Assembly: GCA_964489065.1 (NCBI GenBank)
Contig: CAZAXH010000008.1
Location: 130-64,129 of the forward strand
Direction: 5' to 3'
Source of the DNA: an uncultured Planctomycetales bacterium
GTDB taxonomy: Bacteria; Omnitrophota; Gorgyraeia; Zapsychrales; JANLHA01
DNA length: 64,000 nucleotides
The notes beneath the pieces are model-generated. The model was given only the letters and a program-made list of their open reading frames with translations. It was not told the origin of the DNA and did no database searches. This document shows positions 19,390-30,822 of this stretch, one piece after another. Positions within the stretch are counted from its first letter, which is position 1, and each line of letters begins with the position of its first letter. The position numbers and the translations under genes are program-made.

Positions 19390-20559
19390 ATGGAATTTTT
19401 AAGCCGGATTTCAACGGCAACCGAACTGGACAAAATTTTCGTTGACCTTTCAGACGGAGTGTCCGGACACTGGGACATCGCGTTTATTTTTATCGCGGGG
19501 TTCAATGAAGACTCCACAAAACTCATCGCCAGCCATGTCCGTGAGGGGCTGGGGCTCGACCCTTTGATCGGCTGCGCGGGATACGGCGTGATCGGCCCGG
19601 GGAAAGAAGTCGAGGACTCCCCATCGGTGTCGTTGCTGCTGGCCCGGCTGCCGGGAGTGCGCTGTATGCCGTTTTATCTGGATCAGTCCCAGTATGAGTC
19701 CCTGACGTCCGAAGAAGAATGGTATGATCTCCTGGACGTCTATCCGAATGAGAAACCGAAGTTTGTCGTTTTTACGGAGTCGACCAACACGGCAATGAAC
19801 GCGTTTCTGGAGGGGATCAACCGGTCTTACCCCGACAGCCCGGTCGTGGGGGCTTTAACGGGCGTGGACAATAATCCGCGGGAGAATCTTTTTGTTTTCA
19901 ATCAGCAATATTATTCCCAGGGGCTCCTGGGCGTGTGCTTCATAGGGAACATCCATATCGAAACCATCGTTTCCCAGGGATGCCGCCCTGTCGGGGAAAG
20001 CTATATCGTGACCCAGGCGGAAGATAATGTCATTTATGAGCTCGCGGGCCGCCCTTTTTATGAAGTCCTGGAAGACGTTATTAATGACGCGACGGAACAG
20101 GAGCAGAAACTTGCCCAGGACGCGATCTTTATCGGGATCGCCATGAATGAGTATAAGCACAGAATGAAACAGGGTGATTTTATGATCCGGCTTCTGATGG
20201 GGATTGATGACGAGTCCGGTGCGGGCATCATCACGGATACCGTGCAGGTGGGGCAGACCGTCCGTTTTCATGTCCGTGACCCGGTGTCCGCCGATTTGGA
20301 TTTAAAAACCATGTTAAATGAGCACAAGAATGAACTCGTGCGCCTTGCTCCTCAAGGGGGACTGATTTTTTCCTGCAGTGCCCGGGGGGAGGAGCTGTTC
20401 GGGACGCAGAACCATGACACCGGGTTGTTGAATCAGTACCTTGGCCATATCCCGGTCGCGGGGTTTTTCAGCGCCGGAGAACTGGGGCCGGTGTACGGGA
20501 AAAATTATCTTCATGGCGTGTCGATTTGCATCGCCCTGTTTTATCCCGCAGAGAAGTGA
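19390..20559 (+). CDS. FIST (N- and C-domain) sensory protein
   Basis: 389 aa; C-terminal FIST_C signature GFFSAGELGPVYGKNYLHGVSICIALF. Confidence 0.65.
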   Translation: MEFLSRISTATELDKIFVDLSDGVSGHWDIAFIFIAGFNEDSTKLIASHVREGLGLDPLIGCAGYGVIGPGKEVEDSPSVSLLLARLPGVRCMPFYLDQSQYESLTSEEEWYDLLDVYPNEKPKFVVFTESTNTAMNAFLEGINRSYPDSPVVGALTGVDNNPRENLFVFNQQYYSQGLLGVCFIGNIHIETIVSQGCRPVGESYIVTQAEDNVIYELAGRPFYEVLEDVINDATEQEQKLAQDAIFIGIAMNEYKHRMKQGDFMIRLLMGIDDESGAGIITDTVQVGQTVRFHVRDPVSADLDLKTMLNEHKNELVRLAPQGGLIFSCSARGEELFGTQNHDTGLLNQYLGHIPVAGFFSAGELGPVYGKNYLHGVSICIALFYPAEK

Positions 20560-20562
20560 TAG

Positions 20563-22401
<1,839 letters not shown>

Positions 22402-22427
22402 GCTTTTAATCCTGTTGGAAATGTTCG

Positions 22428-24314
22428 TTAAGATTGGGCAGGGACCAGGAACGATTCAGGGCAGGTTTCCAGAAAACGGAATAATCGTTCCTTTTGGACG
22501 CGCAATTCCTCTTCAATGGCTGAAGCCTGCGCCCACCACTCCCGGAACTTTTCGGTTTTAACCAGATTCAGGTAATATTCGATCCCCTCGCACAGGTTGG
22601 CCTTGATTTCTTCAAGGTTTACGTCTTCGGCCTGAAGGTGAAAGAGCAGGGTTTTCTGGACGGTTTTAATGAAATATTTAATGTAGATTTCCGATTCCTG
22701 GACAAACATGTGCGGCCGGTTTGTGGCGGTTTCAAAGGCCTGGCGTCCGTAAATACGGTCCAGCATTTCGCGGAGAGAAAGAATCTTTGAATAATATTTC
22801 AGATTTGGCCCCGGGCAGACGGCCGGGCTTAAATTTGAGGACGACGGGACACCATGTTTTTTGAGCGCGCCGGCACCAAGATCGTGACAGATACAGGCTT
22901 TGTCTGTTATGGCTTCATATTGCCGTTGATATTCTTCCGGGGAGAGGTTCCTGGCCTTTAACTGGTCGATTTTCAGCTTCTGGTAAGCCCGCGACGCCGT
23001 GCAGATTGGCCTCTCCGTGAATTCCGTATTGTTCGCTAGGTGGCCCAGAGGGCAGGGGCTGCCGGGCCGGCCTTCTGCGGCGCGTTGTTTTTTCTTCTGC
23101 TCGGACGGGCTGGTCAAAAGGTTGTTAAAAGGGACCCCCAAGGGGGAAACGTCGCTTAGGTCGAGTTCTTTTTCTCCCGCCGCCTGCATGAGCCGCAGGG
23201 TTTCTTCATCAACCGCCGTCGTTTCCGGGCATAATAGGAAAGGCGTGCCCCATCCGGTGGCGTCGAGTTCATAGTAATCTTTTAAAAACTGGTCTTCGGC
23301 GTGCGTGCCGATTCCGCCCTGGGCGGTGATGGAGACAGGCAGGGGGTTGGAAAAGGCGACGCGGTTTTTGATTTTTAAGGCTTCCGAATAAATTTTATGG
23401 AGATTATTAATAAGCTCCTGCTTGCGGTTTTTAAATTCTTCCAGAATCGGCCCCAGCATCTGCCCGGACCCGACAAAGGCGTGCCCGCCGCAGTTTAACC
23501 CGGATTCAAAGCGGTATTCGGAAACCCACAGGCCCTTTTTAGCAAGGAACTTTCCTTGAATCAAAGAGGAACGGTAATCACTGACTTTTAAGATGATTTT
23601 TTTCTTGATGTACCCGGTCTTGTCCGCGTAAAAATCTTTGAACTCGCTAATATAATTATAAAGACGCCGGTTGAATCCGGCGGAAAACACGATAGCCGCG
23701 TGCAGGGTGCTTGCCGCGAAGCCTCTTAACGCGGCCAGAGCGTCTGAATATTCCTGGGGAAGAGGCTCTTTGGTTTTAGGGTCATAATTCGGCCTGTCCA
23801 GCTTGGTCATGATATTGACGTCGATACGGCCGATTTCCATGGAATTCCGCAATTGTTCTTGCAGGTCTTTTTTAAGGGCCGTATCTGTGGTGTGGAGCAT
23901 GGCCAGGTATTTTTCTTTAAGCGGAGAGGACTCCGGCAGCAGTTCGAAATACTTGGTGATTTCTGAGCCGATCTCAAAAGCGGATTGGCGGATCTCCTGA
24001 AACTGCTGTTTGACTATCTTGTCAATAAGGTTCAGGTACGCGGTAATGCGCCTGGCCCGGCAATCTTCGTCATCTTTACCGATGGCCTGGTAGGTTTCCC
24101 CGAATTGCGCGCAGTAGTGTTTGCGCATTTTTTCAATCAGGGTGTCATCAACCAGGGAAATGACCGATGATAGGCCATACTTGGCGGTGCGAAGAGGAGT
24201 GTCGACAGTGAACCCGGTCCCCATGACCGGAATAAATATCTTATGACCGATATAATCCATATCTAAAAATATTAGTACACCTATTATAAGAAAGCAAGCG
24301 ATATATTGAAACAA
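22428..24314 (-). CDS. Large nitronate-monooxygenase (NMO)-like FMN TIM-barrel family protein with an insertion and a Cys-rich segment; function unknown
   Basis: N-terminal IPVMGTGFT...SSVISL and C-terminal ITAQGGIGTHAEDQF...DATGWGTPFLLCPET resemble the NMO motifs (PMAGVS...AGGLG; AAGGI...GADGVQMGTRF). TTG start at the ORF top; an alternative ATG (MDYIGHK) lies about 54 nt downstream. Confidence 0.4.
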   Translation of the reverse strand: MFQYIACFLIIGVLIFLDMDYIGHKIFIPVMGTGFTVDTPLRTAKYGLSSVISLVDDTLIEKMRKHYCAQFGETYQAIGKDDEDCRARRITAYLNLIDKIVKQQFQEIRQSAFEIGSEITKYFELLPESSPLKEKYLAMLHTTDTALKKDLQEQLRNSMEIGRIDVNIMTKLDRPNYDPKTKEPLPQEYSDALAALRGFAASTLHAAIVFSAGFNRRLYNYISEFKDFYADKTGYIKKKIILKVSDYRSSLIQGKFLAKKGLWVSEYRFESGLNCGGHAFVGSGQMLGPILEEFKNRKQELINNLHKIYSEALKIKNRVAFSNPLPVSITAQGGIGTHAEDQFLKDYYELDATGWGTPFLLCPETTAVDEETLRLMQAAGEKELDLSDVSPLGVPFNNLLTSPSEQKKKQRAAEGRPGSPCPLGHLANNTEFTERPICTASRAYQKLKIDQLKARNLSPEEYQRQYEAITDKACICHDLGAGALKKHGVPSSSNLSPAVCPGPNLKYYSKILSLREMLDRIYGRQAFETATNRPHMFVQESEIYIKYFIKTVQKTLLFHLQAEDVNLEEIKANLCEGIEYYLNLVKTEKFREWWAQASAIEEELRVQKERLFRFLETCPESFLVPAQS

Positions 24315-24410
24315 TTCCGTCGTTTCTATTTAAAGTCTTTTCATTTGCGAAATTTAGGTCTATTATAAATAATATTAATTTATGTCCTTTTTCAATAATG
24401 GATTGGCTTC

Positions 24411-26708
24411 ATGTCCCCACCCGCAGAATATATCGCTCATGTTGCCCAAGCGGCCGATGCTTCACAGTGGAAAGTTCATGCTTTACAAGATCACCTGCAG
24501 AGCGTCGCTGCACAAGCGGGGGGATTCGCGGCAAAGTTTGGCAGCAGCGATTGGGCGGCATTGTGCGGTTCGTGGCACGATTTGGGCAAATTCCTCCCGG
24601 GGTGGCAGGCCTATATCCGTCGGCAAACGGGGTATGACGAAGATGCGCATATAGAAAACTATCCCGGCCGGCCTAACCACAGCTCCGCGGGCGCGGCATT
24701 GGCGATGCAGCGTTTTAATAAATCCCCTTTAGCAAGGCTCTTGGCTTATATTATCGCTGGTCACCACGCCGGCTTACCCGACTGGATGCCTGTGCCGGAA
24801 ATAGGCGGCGACCTGCAGACCCGGCTTTTTGATCCGCTTGAAAATATTCTAAAAACTCACGAGATCGAACAAATAGCAAACATACCTGCCGCTCAGGCCT
24901 TTTTCGATATTGACCTTCCTAAATCAATGCCTCTGGGGTGTACTAATCCCGAAGCTGCCCGGCAGAGCATGGAATATGTGCATCTGTGGATTCGTATGCT
25001 GTTTTCTTGTGTTGTTGATGCGGACTTTTTGGATACGGAAAAGTTTTGTACTCTCGAAAATTTCCATAAACGGGGCGGCTATCCCGATCTTAAAGAACTG
25101 GTAGCGCGGTTTGACACATATATGGCCAGGAAGCAAGCCGATGCTCCGGCCACAGACGTTAATAAATCGCGCGCTGATATTCTGCACTGTTGCCGAACGA
25201 AAGCGGGATCTCCGCCGGGCTTCTTTTCGCTTACGGTGCCTACTGGCGGGGGGAAAACTCTTTCGTCGATGGCTTTCGCATTAAATCATGCGATACAACA
25301 CAATAAACAACGCGTCATTATGGCGATTCCTTACACCAGTATCATCGAGCAAACAGCAGCAGTCTATAGGGAGGCCTTCGGGGAGGATACCGTGCTTGAA
25401 CATCACAGCAACCTTGATCCGGATAAAGAGACGCACAAAAGCCGGCTTGCCTCGGAAAACTGGGACGCTCCGGTCGTGGTAACAACCAACGTTCAGCTTT
25501 TTGAATCACTATTTGCCAGCCGTACATCCTCGTGCAGAAAACTTCATAATATAGTAAACAGTGTCATAATTCTCGATGAGGCGCAAATGCTTCCGCCGTC
25601 GTATTTGAGGCCTGTTTTGTCTGCCTTACAGGGGCTTGTGAAACATTTCGGCGCCACGGTTGTTTTTTGCACCGCTACACAGCCGGCCTTGTCTGCCCGG
25701 ATTGGCAGCGGCCTTGCTGTTTTTGACGGTCTGCCACCGGCTGTAGAAATTATGGATGAGCCGAAACATTATTTCACGGCCTTTAAGCGGGTAGATGTCG
25801 CTTTGCCTGCGCTCGGTTCCGTGTCGGATTGGCCTGCGCTCGCTGAAGATTTAAAAAAGCATGACCAGGTGTTGTGCGTGGTCAACACAAGAAACGATTG
25901 CCGTGCTTTGCATAAACTTATGCCCAAGGGCGCGGTTCATCTGTCGGCTAATATGTGCGGCGAAGAGCGCAGTGAAGTTATTGGCGAGGTCAAAAAGAAA
26001 CTGGAGCAGGGCCAACCGGTACGGGTCATAAGCACCCAGCTGGTGGAAGCCGGGGTCGATATGGATTTCCCTGTTGTTTACCGGGCACTGGCAGGTATTG
26101 ATTCCATTGTCCAGGCGGCCGGACGCTGCAACCGTGAAGGCCGTTTGAATCAAAAGGGGCGTTTGGGCAAAGTGGTGGTTTTTGTCCCGCCCAGGCCCGC
26201 GCCGCCTGGACTGCTGCGTAAGGGCGAAGATACTGCAAAAAGCATCTTGCAGGGCAAAACAGCCCTTGAGATGACCCCGGCACTTTTTAATGAGTATTTT
26301 AAGATTTTTTACAATGCCGTGAATGATTTTGACAATCCAGGGTTTCAGCCCCGCTTAGTTAGCGGCGCCGGTGAATGCGCGTTTCAATTTCGCTCGTTCG
26401 CCCGGGATTTCCGGCTGATTGACGATACTGCCCAACGCGGAATCATCGTCTGGTATAAAGGCAAATCCCGTGACAGTCTGGAATTGATAGCCATGCTACG
26501 CCGCAAAGGCCCTGAACCGTGGCTTATGCGCAAATTCCAACGCTTCATTGTCAACGTCCCGTTGCCGGTTTTCAATAAATTGGCAGAAGGTGATTATCTG
26601 GAAGATGTCCACGGTTACTGGGTACAAAAAGCCACAGGGCTTTATAAAAGTGGTTTAGGCCTGTTGCCCGATGCAGGAGAGTGGGATAGAGAAACATGGG
26701 TTTGTTAG
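24411..26708 (+). CDS. cas3: CRISPR-associated helicase/nuclease Cas3 (HD nuclease domain plus SF2 helicase), type I-C
   Basis: HD motif region (WHDLGKF ... HHAGLPD), Walker A (VPTGGGKT), DEAD-like (VIILDEAQ), helicase C motifs; first gene of the cas operon. Confidence 0.9.
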   Translation: MSPPAEYIAHVAQAADASQWKVHALQDHLQSVAAQAGGFAAKFGSSDWAALCGSWHDLGKFLPGWQAYIRRQTGYDEDAHIENYPGRPNHSSAGAALAMQRFNKSPLARLLAYIIAGHHAGLPDWMPVPEIGGDLQTRLFDPLENILKTHEIEQIANIPAAQAFFDIDLPKSMPLGCTNPEAARQSMEYVHLWIRMLFSCVVDADFLDTEKFCTLENFHKRGGYPDLKELVARFDTYMARKQADAPATDVNKSRADILHCCRTKAGSPPGFFSLTVPTGGGKTLSSMAFALNHAIQHNKQRVIMAIPYTSIIEQTAAVYREAFGEDTVLEHHSNLDPDKETHKSRLASENWDAPVVVTTNVQLFESLFASRTSSCRKLHNIVNSVIILDEAQMLPPSYLRPVLSALQGLVKHFGATVVFCTATQPALSARIGSGLAVFDGLPPAVEIMDEPKHYFTAFKRVDVALPALGSVSDWPALAEDLKKHDQVLCVVNTRNDCRALHKLMPKGAVHLSANMCGEERSEVIGEVKKKLEQGQPVRVISTQLVEAGVDMDFPVVYRALAGIDSIVQAAGRCNREGRLNQKGRLGKVVVFVPPRPAPPGLLRKGEDTAKSILQGKTALEMTPALFNEYFKIFYNAVNDFDNPGFQPRLVSGAGECAFQFRSFARDFRLIDDTAQRGIIVWYKGKSRDSLELIAMLRRKGPEPWLMRKFQRFIVNVPLPVFNKLAEGDYLEDVHGYWVQKATGLYKSGLGLLPDAGEWDRETWVC

Positions 26709-26731
26709 TTTTTATTTGAGAGGAGGTCTTT

Positions 26732-27457
26732 ATGACACAATTCTTTAATAAACCCTTCTGCCTCGAAGTCTGGGGTGATTACGCGTGTTTCACCCGTCCG
26801 GAGATGAAGGTGGAGCGGGTGAGTTATGACGTGATCACACCGTCGGCGGTGCGGGCGATATTCGAGGCGATTTTCTGGAAACCGGCAATTAAATGGAAGC
26901 CGACCAAGGTTGAAATCCTTAATCCCATCAAATGGATTTCCGTGCGGCGCAATGAGGTTGGCGCAGTGATAAGCCCGCGTTCAGACGGGTTGTTCATTGA
27001 GGAACATCGCCAGCAGCGCGCCGGGCTTTTCCTGCGTGATGTGAAGTATCGCATTCACGCGGAGCTTGAATACATTCCTATAAGTAAAAGAAGTAAAGTT
27101 CTTAATTCGGTTCCTGAATATCTGGTTGATACTGAAGAACTAGCGGAATTTGCCCGCGACCCTAAAGACGAGAACCCCGGCAAATACAACGCGATATTCA
27201 CCCGCCGTGCGAAAAAAGGGCAATGTTTCAACCGTCCCTATTTCGGATGCAGGGAGTTCTCCTGCATGTTTCGTTTTGTCGAGGACGTGGACAAAGAAGA
27301 ATTGAAGCCGATAACTGCGACTCGCGACCTTGGGTTTATGTTATATGACCTGGACTTTACTGATCTCAATGATCCGAAGCCTGCGTTCTTTAGAGCCGAA
27401 ATCAAGAATGGAATCCTTGCCATTCCTGACTGGATGAGTGAGGAGGTGCGGCGATGA
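26732..27457 (+). CDS. cas5c: Cas5c (Cas5d) pre-crRNA endoribonuclease, type I-C
   Basis: N-terminus FCLEVWGDYACFTRPEMKVERVSYDVITPSAVRAIFEAIFWKP is characteristic of Cas5d; position after cas3. Confidence 0.88.
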   Translation: MTQFFNKPFCLEVWGDYACFTRPEMKVERVSYDVITPSAVRAIFEAIFWKPAIKWKPTKVEILNPIKWISVRRNEVGAVISPRSDGLFIEEHRQQRAGLFLRDVKYRIHAELEYIPISKRSKVLNSVPEYLVDTEELAEFARDPKDENPGKYNAIFTRRAKKGQCFNRPYFGCREFSCMFRFVEDVDKEELKPITATRDLGFMLYDLDFTDLNDPKPAFFRAEIKNGILAIPDWMSEEVRR

Positions 27458-29235
27458 TCCTGCAATCGTTATACGAGTATTATCAGAGAAACAAAGGAAG
27501 ATTACCGCCCAAGGGTTTTCAGATTCAGGATATAAAATTTGTCATTGAAATAGACGAGGATGGACGGTTTTTAAATCTGGTTGATAAACGTGAAGGCAAA
27601 AAGGGAAAGCCGTATCTGTTGCCAAAGGCAAAGACCAGATCTGGTTCCAACTCTTACCAGACGACGTTTCTTTTATGGGATCATCACGGTTATCTGTTGG
27701 CTCATCCCAAGGAAGAATCTCCCAAGGCTGTCGAGATGGCTCAGAAACAGAAGACTACTTTTATCGCAGCTCTAGGAAGTCTCCCCGATACACTAAAGAC
27801 CGATAAAGGTGTCGCGGCTGTATTAAAGTTTTATGAGAAAGATGAATGGAAGAAAGTCAAAGAGCAGCCAGCTTGGCCTGACTGTGCCCGGCTGGCAGGT
27901 TGTAATATGACGTTTCAATTGGCAGGCGATGATTGTCTTGTTCCTGAACGGGCAGCTGTCAGGTTTTATCAGTCTTCAATCTCCGATGAAGACAGCCCTG
28001 AAGATGCAGAGGATAAGGGTAAAAGCATGTCTGGGATATGTTTGATAACCGGCAAAAAGGACTTTGTAAAGAGACTTCACTCGCCGACCCCTGTCTTGGG
28101 TTCCCGGCCGAACGCTAAGATACCCGGTTTTCAGAAGAATTCAGGATTTGATTCCTATGGTAAGGAGCAGGCATTCAATGCCCCTGTTTCTTCGGACGCG
28201 GAGGCCGCGTATACTACGGCGCTTAAATATCTAATCTCGTCGGAAAGTAATAAAGTCATAATCAGCGATACAACGATCGTCTTCTGGGCTCAGAAGACGC
28301 TTGAGGCGTTTGACCTTGAATCGAATTTTGTCTGGTTTTTCAAATCGGACAAGGATGACACTGAGAGAGGTGTTAACGCAGTCAAGGCCCTGTTTAATGC
28401 TGTTGAGAGCGGGCGTCTGCCGGTGGACGAGGATAACAGGTTTTTTGTCCTGGGACTCGCGCCGAACGCGGCGCGTATTTCTGTCAGATTCTGGAAGGCA
28501 GGGACGATTAAAGAATTTGCTGAAAAAATATATCAGCATTTTATTGATTTTGAAATTACGCGTCCTGTTCAGGATAAATACGAATATTTATCGCTGTACC
28601 AAATCCTCGGCGCGACAGTGTTGGATTACAAAATGGACAATGTCCCGCCGAATCTTGCCGGAGCGGTTGTCAGCAGTATTCTGGATGGTACGCCGTATCC
28701 GCGCACACTCTTGCATCAATGCATGCGTCGCATTCGTGCGGAACAGTCAAAGAAAGATTCGCGCACTGGTAAGTCGATTCAGAATGTCAATCGAATACGA
28801 GCATCAATTCTTAAAGCTTGTCTTAATCGGTTTAATCGAATTCATAACCCTCAAACCAAGGAGGTTCTCGTGTCTCTAGATAGAACAAACACCGACACAG
28901 GATACCGTGTGGGGCGGCTGTTCGCGGTTTTGGAAAAAATTCAGGAGGAGGCCAATCCCGGTATCAACACAACCATCCGCGACCGATTTTATGGTGCTGC
29001 TTCGTCAACACCAGTTACGGTTTTTCCCAGGCTTTTAGGACTTAAGAATCATCATCTGCCTAAATTGTCGCTGGGTCGCAAGGTGAATATGGAAAGAGAG
29101 ATTCAGGATATTATCGGTGAGATTAAAAGTTTCCCATCGCATCTGACCCTTGACCAGCAGGCCATGTTCGCGATTGGTTATTACCATCAGCGGCAGGCCT
29201 TTTTTGTGTCTAAAAAGGATTTGAATAACGAATAA
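27454..29235 (+). CDS. cas8c: Cas8c (Csd1) large subunit, type I-C
   Basis: 593 aa between cas5c and cas7c with overlapping start; family-typical size and position. Confidence 0.85.
   Translation: MILQSLYEYYQRNKGRLPPKGFQIQDIKFVIEIDEDGRFLNLVDKREGKKGKPYLLPKAKTRSGSNSYQTTFLLWDHHGYLLAHPKEESPKAVEMAQKQKTTFIAALGSLPDTLKTDKGVAAVLKFYEKDEWKKVKEQPAWPDCARLAGCNMTFQLAGDDCLVPERAAVRFYQSSISDEDSPEDAEDKGKSMSGICLITGKKDFVKRLHSPTPVLGSRPNAKIPGFQKNSGFDSYGKEQAFNAPVSSDAEAAYTTALKYLISSESNKVIISDTTIVFWAQKTLEAFDLESNFVWFFKSDKDDTERGVNAVKALFNAVESGRLPVDEDNRFFVLGLAPNAARISVRFWKAGTIKEFAEKIYQHFIDFEITRPVQDKYEYLSLYQILGATVLDYKMDNVPPNLAGAVVSSILDGTPYPRTLLHQCMRRIRAEQSKKDSRTGKSIQNVNRIRASILKACLNRFNRIHNPQTKEVLVSLDRTNTDTGYRVGRLFAVLEKIQEEANPGINTTIRDRFYGAASSTPVTVFPRLLGLKNHHLPKLSLGRKVNMEREIQDIIGEIKSFPSHLTLDQQAMFAIGYYHQRQAFFVSKKDLNNE
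28870..29235 (+). CDS. cas11c: Putative internally translated Cas11c small subunit (in-frame within the cas8c 3' end)
   Basis: In-frame GTG at 28870 preceded by a perfect RBS AAGGAGG (28858-28864, 5-nt spacer); predicted product 121 aa, the expected size of Cas11c produced by internal initiation in I-C cas8c genes. Confidence 0.45.
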   Translation: MSLDRTNTDTGYRVGRLFAVLEKIQEEANPGINTTIRDRFYGAASSTPVTVFPRLLGLKNHHLPKLSLGRKVNMEREIQDIIGEIKSFPSHLTLDQQAMFAIGYYHQRQAFFVSKKDLNNE

Positions 29236-29267
29236 TAACTTTATCATTCAGGGAGGAGATAGGTACC

Positions 29268-30185
29268 ATGACAACACCACTCACAAACCGTTACGACTTT
29301 GTTTTGTTTTTTGACGTACAGGACGGAAACCCCAACGGCGACCCCGATGCCGGTAACCTGCCGCGCATTGACGCGGAGACCGGCATGGGGTTGGTAACGG
29401 ATGTCTGCATTAAGCGAAAGGTGCGGAATTATGTGCAGATAGTCAAAGAAGGAAATGTCCCCTTTGATATTTTTGTGAAATCCAAAGAATTTTCCGGTCT
29501 AGAAACCGTTTTAAATAAGTTGATTCGAGATGGGTATCAAGAGATAGGCATTGATTTGGAGGCTGACAAGACAAAAGACGGAGAAAAAAGAAAAAGTAAA
29601 GGTGGAGCTCAAGGGGAAGAGGTCAACGAAGGCCGTCGGCACATGTGTTCGAAGTTTTTTGATATTCGTACTTTTGGAGCTGTTATGAGCACTGGTCCTA
29701 ACGCTGGACAAGTACGAGGGCCTGTTCAAATAACCTTTGCGAGATCTATTGAGCCTTTAGTTAGTTTGGAGCATGCGTTAACTGTTTGCGCTGCAAGGTC
29801 GGAAGATAAGAGCTACGAAGAGCAAGTTGGAATACAAGGTCGAAAATACACCGTTCCTTATGGCCTTTATCGCGTTCATGGTTTTGTGTCTGCTCATCTG
29901 GCAGCCCAGACAGGGTTTTCCAAGGAAGATTTAAATTTGTTCTGGGAGGCTTTGCAGAAAATGTTTGATCACGATCATTCCGCGGCCCGCGGCCTTATGA
30001 CAACACGGGCGCTTATAGTTTTTGAACATGGTACTGCTTTGGGCACAGCGAGTGCGGCATCTCTCTTTGACCGGGTGGAAGCCAAACGTGTTACTGAAGG
30101 CCCGGCCAGGAAGTTTAGCGATTACCAAATTTTGCTGGATAACCAGCCTGTCGTTGAATTACCAAAAATTGTCCGGGTGGGATAA
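29268..30185 (+). CDS. cas7c: Cas7c (Csd2) backbone subunit, type I-C
   Basis: N-terminus RYDFVLFFDVQDGNPNGDPDAGNLPRID is the Csd2/Cas7 signature. Confidence 0.9.
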   Translation: MTTPLTNRYDFVLFFDVQDGNPNGDPDAGNLPRIDAETGMGLVTDVCIKRKVRNYVQIVKEGNVPFDIFVKSKEFSGLETVLNKLIRDGYQEIGIDLEADKTKDGEKRKSKGGAQGEEVNEGRRHMCSKFFDIRTFGAVMSTGPNAGQVRGPVQITFARSIEPLVSLEHALTVCAARSEDKSYEEQVGIQGRKYTVPYGLYRVHGFVSAHLAAQTGFSKEDLNLFWEALQKMFDHDHSAARGLMTTRALIVFEHGTALGTASAASLFDRVEAKRVTEGPARKFSDYQILLDNQPVVELPKIVRVG

Positions 30186-30189
30186 TTTT

Positions 30190-30822
30190 ATGTTCTCCGA
30201 AGACAATCTTATTCAGCTTTCGGCTTTACAGCATTTTGTGTATTGCCCCCGGCAGTGCGCGCTGATCCACATCGAGCAGGTGTGGGTGGAAAATATGTTC
30301 ACGGCCGAAGGCAGGATCATGCATGATAAAGTGCATGAAGAGAGAGTGGAATACCGGGAAGGCGTCAAAATAGAGCGCGGCATGTTTCTTCGCTCGTTGG
30401 AGCTGGGCCTCATTGGTAAAGCAGATGTGGTGGAGTTTCATAGCGCTGCCGGCGGGGCTTGGCTTCCTTTTCCGGTAGAGTATAAAAGGGGAAAGCCCAA
30501 AAAAGACTCTTGCGACATGGTCCAGTTGTGCGCCCAGGCTTTCTGCCTGGAAGAGATGCTTAACGTAAAAATAGGAAAAGGCGCCTTGTATTATGGCCGC
30601 ACGCGGCATCGGCATGAAGTTGTTTTCGATGACGATTTGAGGGCCGTTACCCGTAACGCCGCATCCCAGGTGCGGGCGTTTCTTGAAAAGGGAGAAACGC
30701 CGTTCCCGGAATACTCGCCCAAGTGCAAGGCCTGCTCTATGCTTGCGGTATGCTTGCCGAAAGTCATGGGCCGGCATCAGTCTGTAACCTGTTACCTGGA
30801 GGAGCAACTGAAAGACCCGTGA
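30190..30822 (+). CDS. cas4: Cas4 RecB-like exonuclease with C-terminal Fe-S cysteines
   Basis: LQHFVYCPRQCALIHIE nuclease start, and a C-terminal Cx2C cluster (KCKACSMLAVC); follows cas7c by a 4-bp gap. Confidence 0.88.
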   Translation: MFSEDNLIQLSALQHFVYCPRQCALIHIEQVWVENMFTAEGRIMHDKVHEERVEYREGVKIERGMFLRSLELGLIGKADVVEFHSAAGGAWLPFPVEYKRGKPKKDSCDMVQLCAQAFCLEEMLNVKIGKGALYYGRTRHRHEVVFDDDLRAVTRNAASQVRAFLEKGETPFPEYSPKCKACSMLAVCLPKVMGRHQSVTCYLEEQLKDP

